Assembly (NCBI GenBank): GCA_965262115.1
Contig: OZ253496.1
Span: forward strand, 2,336,001-2,400,000
Direction: 5' to 3'
Length of the DNA stretch: 64,000 nt
Source: Nitrospinales bacterium
GTDB lineage: Bacteria; Nitrospinota; Nitrospinia; Nitrospinales; VA-1
Shown: one piece after another, positions 58,737-64,000 of the stretch
How positions within the stretch are numbered: the first letter of the stretch is position 1
How the letters are laid out: each line of letters starts with the position of its first letter
The notes under the pieces: generated by a model
The model's database searches: none
What the model saw: only the letters and a program-made list of their open reading frames with translations
Told to the model about the DNA's origin: nothing
Translations under genes and position numbers: made by a program

Positions 58737-59939
58737 ATGAAGGTCAGTTATAGTGCTCAATTAATGGAAGAGTCTGTTTTTCGGCATCTTAATCATTTGG
58801 AAAGGTCAGGTTATCGTTCCGATTATGATGAGTTTCATTCCCTCGCCGATCCTATTTATGAACTTCCGGAAGATGACCGGGAGACCGCCTTTGAAAAGGT
58901 CAACCGCCTGTTTTTTCTTGAGAGGTTAAAGCTGGGAGATCACGTGTTGCGTGCTCTGGAAGCGGTAGGTCTCATTCCTAAACGCCAGCGTACGGTTAGA
59001 AAGTCGGCTCTGGTTCAAAAACCCGAGTCAGAAGAGCCGGAAGCTTTGGAAGCTGCGCCGGAAGAAGAATTGGAACAACAGGAGGAAGCCAGCGCTGAAG
59101 GGGAAGATATTGAGGCGGAAGAAGGGATGACTGCAATTGCTGAAACGGAAGGAGATGAGCCCGAAGATGATGAGCCCGAACAAAATGACGAAATCGCCTA
59201 TGATCTGGCGCGTGAATTTGAGGAGCGCATCAAGGAAGTGGTGGTGAAACGAGGCATCAATAAAGTGGATGAAGGCTCCAATGTTATCAACCGGGTTTCC
59301 GGGAATCCCATCATTGAGATGAGGGTTCTGGCGAGCCGGTTCAGCAACCCTGAAGAAGCTCAGGAACTCGATGCCTTCCTGATCCATGAGTTTATGCACG
59401 CCAAAGATATGGTCGACCCCGAGTTCGATTACGAAGACGCTTTTATCCCCGGTAACCCATCCGTGAAAAACCTCATCACGGCGAGGTTCAAGCTTTTGTG
59501 GAATATGTATGTGGATTCCCGGCTGGCACGCATGGGTGTTGTTTCCGTTCTGCCTAAGGAATCGCGTTACCGCGAATTCGATAACTTTTACCGTAAGATC
59601 CCGGACAAGCAGAGAAGGGGAATTTTTGAAGGGCTTTGGGTGACGGAGAAGCTGACCCACGAAGAGTTACTCTCCATGGCCACCGACCTCGATACCCTGA
59701 TGAGTAAATATGTTGATCCGGGAGAGATGACGGATGAAGAAAAAGATTACATCCATCTGCAAGGATCGCCTTGTCCGCTCTGTAAATTCCCGACCTATAA
59801 CTGGGTCGACGATCCGGAAAGTATTTGTGATGAGATGGTGATCGAAGCCATTCAGATCGACTTCCCGGACTGGGAAAGCAGAGACGGGGGTTGTGATCGT
59901 TGCATTGAGGTTTATGAATTAAGGGCTGGTGTAGGTTAA
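58737..59939 (+). CDS. Hypothetical protein with HExxH motif, acidic linker and C-terminal CPLC…CDRC
   Basis: FLIHEFMHAKDM, CPLCKFPT, DFPDW..GGCDRC. Confidence 0.82.
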   Translation: MKVSYSAQLMEESVFRHLNHLERSGYRSDYDEFHSLADPIYELPEDDRETAFEKVNRLFFLERLKLGDHVLRALEAVGLIPKRQRTVRKSALVQKPESEEPEALEAAPEEELEQQEEASAEGEDIEAEEGMTAIAETEGDEPEDDEPEQNDEIAYDLAREFEERIKEVVVKRGINKVDEGSNVINRVSGNPIIEMRVLASRFSNPEEAQELDAFLIHEFMHAKDMVDPEFDYEDAFIPGNPSVKNLITARFKLLWNMYVDSRLARMGVVSVLPKESRYREFDNFYRKIPDKQRRGIFEGLWVTEKLTHEELLSMATDLDTLMSKYVDPGEMTDEEKDYIHLQGSPCPLCKFPTYNWVDDPESICDEMVIEAIQIDFPDWESRDGGCDRCIEVYELRAGVG

Positions 59940-59952
59940 CCAGCCTTTTTTT
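59924..59952 (+). terminator. Rho-independent terminator overlapping the stop codon
   Basis: GGCTGGT-N8-ACCAGCC-TTTTTTT. Confidence 0.75.
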
Positions 59953-60139
59953 GTGTTTATAAGTAGTTCACACATATTACGGTTGAAGAGTCTTTCTATG
60001 TACGGCCCGAAAAACATCCGGGTGCAATCGTAAGGAGCAATACGACGCTATGCTGGCAGTAGCGTGAATCAATTCGGTTTCGTGGTGGGGCATTCGAGTC
60101 TCGCCAGGAATCCGGTTAATACGCAACAAGGAGATTAAA

Positions 60140-60964
60140 ATGGGCAATGTAACTCATGCAAAATCAAGAGATCCAATGCTCTCGGTACTTGGGCAAACGG
60201 GGTCTCTGGATGAATTGAAAGAGGAAAGAATATCCCTGCAATTAGCCAGAGGGCGTGTTTACGATATCCTTTCCAGCGCTTTCAGTTATCCCTGGAACCG
60301 AAAGTTTTTCCGGCCCAAGTCTTTGCTTGAGCCCCTGGATATTGCGCTTGTAGACGAAGAAGACTGGGAATATGTTAAATCCATTATTGATGGGTTCAAC
60401 AAGTATTTACCCAAAATGACAGTCAAGCAGGTGCAACAGGAATATGTCAGGGTTTTTGGACATGCAGTTTCTATGGAGTGCCCCCCTTATGAAATGCAGT
60501 ATGGTACCGAGGGCGGTATTCAGTCCCAGACCGATGTTTTGATTCAGCTGGGCGGCTTTTATGAAACCTTTGGGTTTGAACAGCCGCGAAATAGAACCCG
60601 GGAAAGGGTGGACCATATTTCCCTTGAGTTGGCGTTCATGTTTTTTATGTGTTTTAGAACCGCCTTTGGAATTCAAAACGGACATGATGAAAGAAATATC
60701 AGCGTCCTGACCAGTAGCATGAAAAAATTCACTCGCAATCATATCGGTCGATGGGGTCCTCTGTTTTGTATTTTCACATCCCGAAAAGCCGAGCGTGGAC
60801 TCTATAAGGATATTGTTGATATTCTGGCGATTTTCCTGAAAAACGAGAACCTCCTACTGGATATCAAACCCGTCAGGGTTGAAGAGCCGGAATACCGGTC
60901 CTTGTCTTATAGTATGGAAAATGATTTGATCGCTAATGCACCGGCTGAGTGTGAACCGCGATAA
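60140..60964 (+). CDS. TorD/DmsD-family molybdoenzyme maturation chaperone
   Basis: EYVRVFGH..CPPYE..Y, FYETFG, ERVDHISLELAFM, HIGRW; AAGGAG RBS. Confidence 0.9.
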   Translation: MGNVTHAKSRDPMLSVLGQTGSLDELKEERISLQLARGRVYDILSSAFSYPWNRKFFRPKSLLEPLDIALVDEEDWEYVKSIIDGFNKYLPKMTVKQVQQEYVRVFGHAVSMECPPYEMQYGTEGGIQSQTDVLIQLGGFYETFGFEQPRNRTRERVDHISLELAFMFFMCFRTAFGIQNGHDERNISVLTSSMKKFTRNHIGRWGPLFCIFTSRKAERGLYKDIVDILAIFLKNENLLLDIKPVRVEEPEYRSLSYSMENDLIANAPAECEPR

Positions 60965-61007
60965 GCAGGGTATAAGCTCGATAAATTAATAATCTTAAGC
61001 TCTTAAA

Positions 61008-61049
61008 GCCGGAGGTGAGTCGCCCATACTCATTCTCAGGTTTTTTTTT
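61008..61049 (+). terminator. Rho-independent terminator
   Basis: GAGGTGAGT…ACTCATTCTC stem followed by T9. Confidence 0.6.
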
Positions 61050-61246
61050 GCTCCCACGGCTAGTGTGCGGAGGCTCTCCGTAATTTGAGGTTATTTTAAA
61101 ATCCCCCCCGATCAAATCAGCATCTAAACCCTTATTAGATGGGGTACACCGTGGGCAGACCCCCACTCATTCTGCCCAGCTCAAGTCGGGATTGCCATTT
61201 TCAAAGCACTTGCGGTGAACCCGGATTATCTGAGGACAGAGATAAA

Positions 61247-62944
61247 ATGTTTATCTACGATACCATGAGTCAGGGATTAGAACTTCTTGCCAGGCGCGAG
61301 TTGCAGGATGCAGAAAACTTATTTTTGAGTGTGATTAATGACCCCTACGTACAGCCGCAAGAAACCAAACAAGCGAAGCAATATTTAAACGATATCCGTG
61401 ATTGCAAAAAGGGTGATAAAACCCTCGACTTTGACATTTACAAGAGCCTGGTTAAAAAAGCTGTCACCTCACTGGTTTACGTGGATGAACTGATTGCGGA
61501 CATTTACTTTTCTCCTGCCCATTCTTATAGCGAAATTGATCAGGAACTTTTTTCTAGAATCCCCACAATTGTCAACCGCCTCAAGCAAATCAAAATCAGA
61601 GATATTTCCGCTCGTGACAAATTGTTCGCAGGATTTGAAAAAAGTGCGGCCCGCCTGATTCGGAAACGGTTGCAAGAGGAAAAGGACAATACGAAGGGTA
61701 ATGCCTTCGAAAATTACCGTTGTAAAACCATCTTCAGAAAGTTTGTCGAACAGATAAATCCCTTCCTGTTAGAACGGCATCTGGAGCTTTTGGATTACAT
61801 TTTAGCGACCGGCGAGATCCAGCTTTTGGAAGATCCCAAGCTCACAGTGTTAACGCCAAAATATTCGTGGATCATTGAATCCACTTTGAAAAGCCAGTGG
61901 TTTTTGTTGAGAAGTTATTTTTTCAAGGCTAAGGCGGAAATCGAGTCCCAGTTCAGGAAAAAGGAAGGGACTCGCAAATACTGGGAAGAGGTGAAGTATA
62001 AGAAAATAAAAATTTTTGAGGAATGCAATTTCAGCGAGGCAAATATACAGAAATTTCTTTTTATAGATAAGTTGAATTATAAAACTCTGGAAGAAATTCA
62101 TGGTTTTGCAAATACCATGGATCTGGATTTGATGCCACGTGATGTCAGCCTTGCTTTGAGAGGTGTTGAGAAGGCCAAAGACCATATCCGCGAGCGCTTA
62201 GGTTTCTTGATGGGGAACCGCAAAGTTTTTCAGGACGGACTTTTGGAATTGGGCTTTTCCAAAAAAAACGCTTATGTCATAGCTCGGCAGGCAAAGCGTT
62301 CCAACAACCACCAGATCAGAGAAGCTTTTAAACTCGCCTTGAAGGTGACCCGGGACGATATTGCCTGGTATCGTATTTCCCCCGATTCGGAAAAATTAAA
62401 AAATGAAATCGAGAACCAGTGCGTTAAGCATTTGAGCACGGTACGAATCCATTTGTTTGAAAGAGGACGACTGAATAAAATCCTGCTCCAGGAAGGGAAG
62501 AAGTTGATCCGCGCCTACCTTGAAAAGGTTTATGGGGACAAGGTTTCAGAACTGCATTGTTATTTTCGTCTGGAAACTATTCATCAATACTATAAGTTGA
62601 AGTTTTTTCAGTATCACGAAGAAGCTGTTCCCAGTGTTTCTGAATTGATCAAGATAAGCAGAAAGGAATTTCAGCCTACCCTGGTAAAAGGCTATGAGAT
62701 TTTTGTGAAAAAGAAACGCTTGCAAATCTCTTCTGCATTATATAAGGGGATTGCTTCCAAACCTTCAGTGACACTTTGGGAGGATGCGTATACCACGCCG
62801 GAAGAAAGAATTCTTTTGCGGTTTTGGTTTTTGATGGATCACGGGGCTGCTGTAAACCAGAAACTTGTCGACAGTGGTGTATTAAAGCCTGGATTTGATC
62901 TTTGGGGCTTTTTGAAGAATCAAGGAGAAGATTGCAAAAGTTGA
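61247..62944 (+). CDS. Helical hypothetical protein
   Basis: About 565-aa ORF (open from 61139); GAGGA upstream of the ATG at 61247. Confidence 0.8.
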   Translation: MFIYDTMSQGLELLARRELQDAENLFLSVINDPYVQPQETKQAKQYLNDIRDCKKGDKTLDFDIYKSLVKKAVTSLVYVDELIADIYFSPAHSYSEIDQELFSRIPTIVNRLKQIKIRDISARDKLFAGFEKSAARLIRKRLQEEKDNTKGNAFENYRCKTIFRKFVEQINPFLLERHLELLDYILATGEIQLLEDPKLTVLTPKYSWIIESTLKSQWFLLRSYFFKAKAEIESQFRKKEGTRKYWEEVKYKKIKIFEECNFSEANIQKFLFIDKLNYKTLEEIHGFANTMDLDLMPRDVSLALRGVEKAKDHIRERLGFLMGNRKVFQDGLLELGFSKKNAYVIARQAKRSNNHQIREAFKLALKVTRDDIAWYRISPDSEKLKNEIENQCVKHLSTVRIHLFERGRLNKILLQEGKKLIRAYLEKVYGDKVSELHCYFRLETIHQYYKLKFFQYHEEAVPSVSELIKISRKEFQPTLVKGYEIFVKKKRLQISSALYKGIASKPSVTLWEDAYTTPEERILLRFWFLMDHGAAVNQKLVDSGVLKPGFDLWGFLKNQGEDCKS

Positions 62945-64000
62945 TTCATGCGGTTTTGCATGTCTTTGAGAGGCATGAGATCACCTTTTTTTGAGGCCAC
63001 TGCGATACCTTTTTTATACGTTTCAATGGCCTCTGTCTTGTTTGAGAGTTTTTCCCAGGTCTTTCCCAGTAGCAGATAGGCGGCGGAGTAATTCTGATGG
63101 GCCTCAATGACGGTTTTTAAGGGCTTGAGTCCTTCCTGGTAGCGGTCGGTTTCCAAATATATGGATCCGAGGCCAAAGTTTGCCACCTGATCTTTCGGGT
63201 CAATCTCCAGCACCTGTTTGAACATTTCAACCCGTTCTTCCATTTCCTTCTTTTTTTGTTCTTGTTCTTTTTTCTTTAACTTTTTAGCCATATTTTTTTC
63301 AATCGCCCGTTCAAACTCTATGGCGGTGGCTTCGGCTTTTTCAAGTTCTGCATCTTCGATTCGACCTTGCTTCATGTAGTAGACCGAAAGGTTGGTGTGA
63401 GCCATGATTTCCTGAGGATTGATTTCCGTCAGCCTTTTCATCAGGGCGATGGCTTCATCCAGTTTGTCTTGTTTGGCAAGGAAAACTCCCAACGCTTCAT
63501 AGGCTTCCGCGTTTTTGGAATCCAGCTCAATGGATTCCCGAAGCAGAGCGATGGGACCATCCAGATCATCCTGCTCCTTGTAAATTTGCAGAGCCTGATG
63601 CAGGAGTTTATTGGAGTGGTCCTTTCGAGTCTGGGACTGGTAAAAAGGCAACAAGCAGGTTTTAACCTTGAAGGGCTTGTTATCAATAGTTGCTTCCAGT
63701 TCAATGTCTGGACTTCTATGTTCTTTGTGGAGATAGGAAAGGGCAACGATTTTATCAAGAGTGACAGAGCGTACCGAACTCTTGATCGTGCCAATTTCCT
63801 TCTCCCCAAGCCGGAGTGTGCCGTTAAAAGGTGGAAGGTCTAATCCCTCAATGGTCAGGCCCATTAAGGCAAAGTTGGGCGCTCCATAAGTTTTGATTCG
63901 GGCGATCACTTCCTGTCCGATATAGCACCCCTTGTTATAACTGACGGAGGTGTGTTCCAGTCCGGTTTCAGGCAGGATATTTTTTTTATCCATATCCTTG
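62920..64000 (-). CDS. YgfZ/GcvT-like folate-binding protein fused to C-terminal TPRs (5' part outside the window)
   Basis: KGCYIGQE YgfZ signature followed by TPR repeats (AEAYEALG, ANFGLG, AAYLLLG). Confidence 0.88.
   Translation of the reverse strand, partial: KDMDKKNILPETGLEHTSVSYNKGCYIGQEVIARIKTYGAPNFALMGLTIEGLDLPPFNGTLRLGEKEIGTIKSSVRSVTLDKIVALSYLHKEHRSPDIELEATIDNKPFKVKTCLLPFYQSQTRKDHSNKLLHQALQIYKEQDDLDGPIALLRESIELDSKNAEAYEALGVFLAKQDKLDEAIALMKRLTEINPQEIMAHTNLSVYYMKQGRIEDAELEKAEATAIEFERAIEKNMAKKLKKKEQEQKKKEMEERVEMFKQVLEIDPKDQVANFGLGSIYLETDRYQEGLKPLKTVIEAHQNYSAAYLLLGKTWEKLSNKTEAIETYKKGIAVASKKGDLMPLKDMQNRMNQLLQSSP

Noticed and set aside
61053..61155. CCCACGG…CCGTGGG long-range pairing as a 6S-like RNA
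   Set aside because: Too short, and the internal pairing is unconvincing

Overview
Bacterial chromosomal window. The gene content and order suggest a Nitrospinota-like nitrite oxidiser, but this is inference only. About 0.8-18.7 kb holds a complete minus-strand dcw cluster (mraZ to ftsZ). A divergent cytochrome c maturation operon follows, with a CxxxY-type CcmE and a ccmD missed by the ORF track. The rest is mostly housekeeping genes (dpp/opp ATPases, xth, M16 peptidase, tpx, mutS2, P-II-like, yggS, proC, larE-like, aspS), a B12 radical-SAM enzyme, a RelE/ParE-type TA pair, TPR proteins and a TorD/DmsD-like chaperone. The strongest signal is an intact IS110-family (IS621-like) element at 48088-49289. 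Its 5' non-coding end folds into a readable bridge RNA. The target-loop guides (TTTACCCCT / CCCGAAG) match the insertion site, which is a dispersed palindromic repeat (GTACCCCTTCGGGGCATGAA) with many copies in this window. The donor-loop guide (ACAGTTGC) matches the element's own right end. Several homopolymer frameshifts suggest residual sequencing indels.
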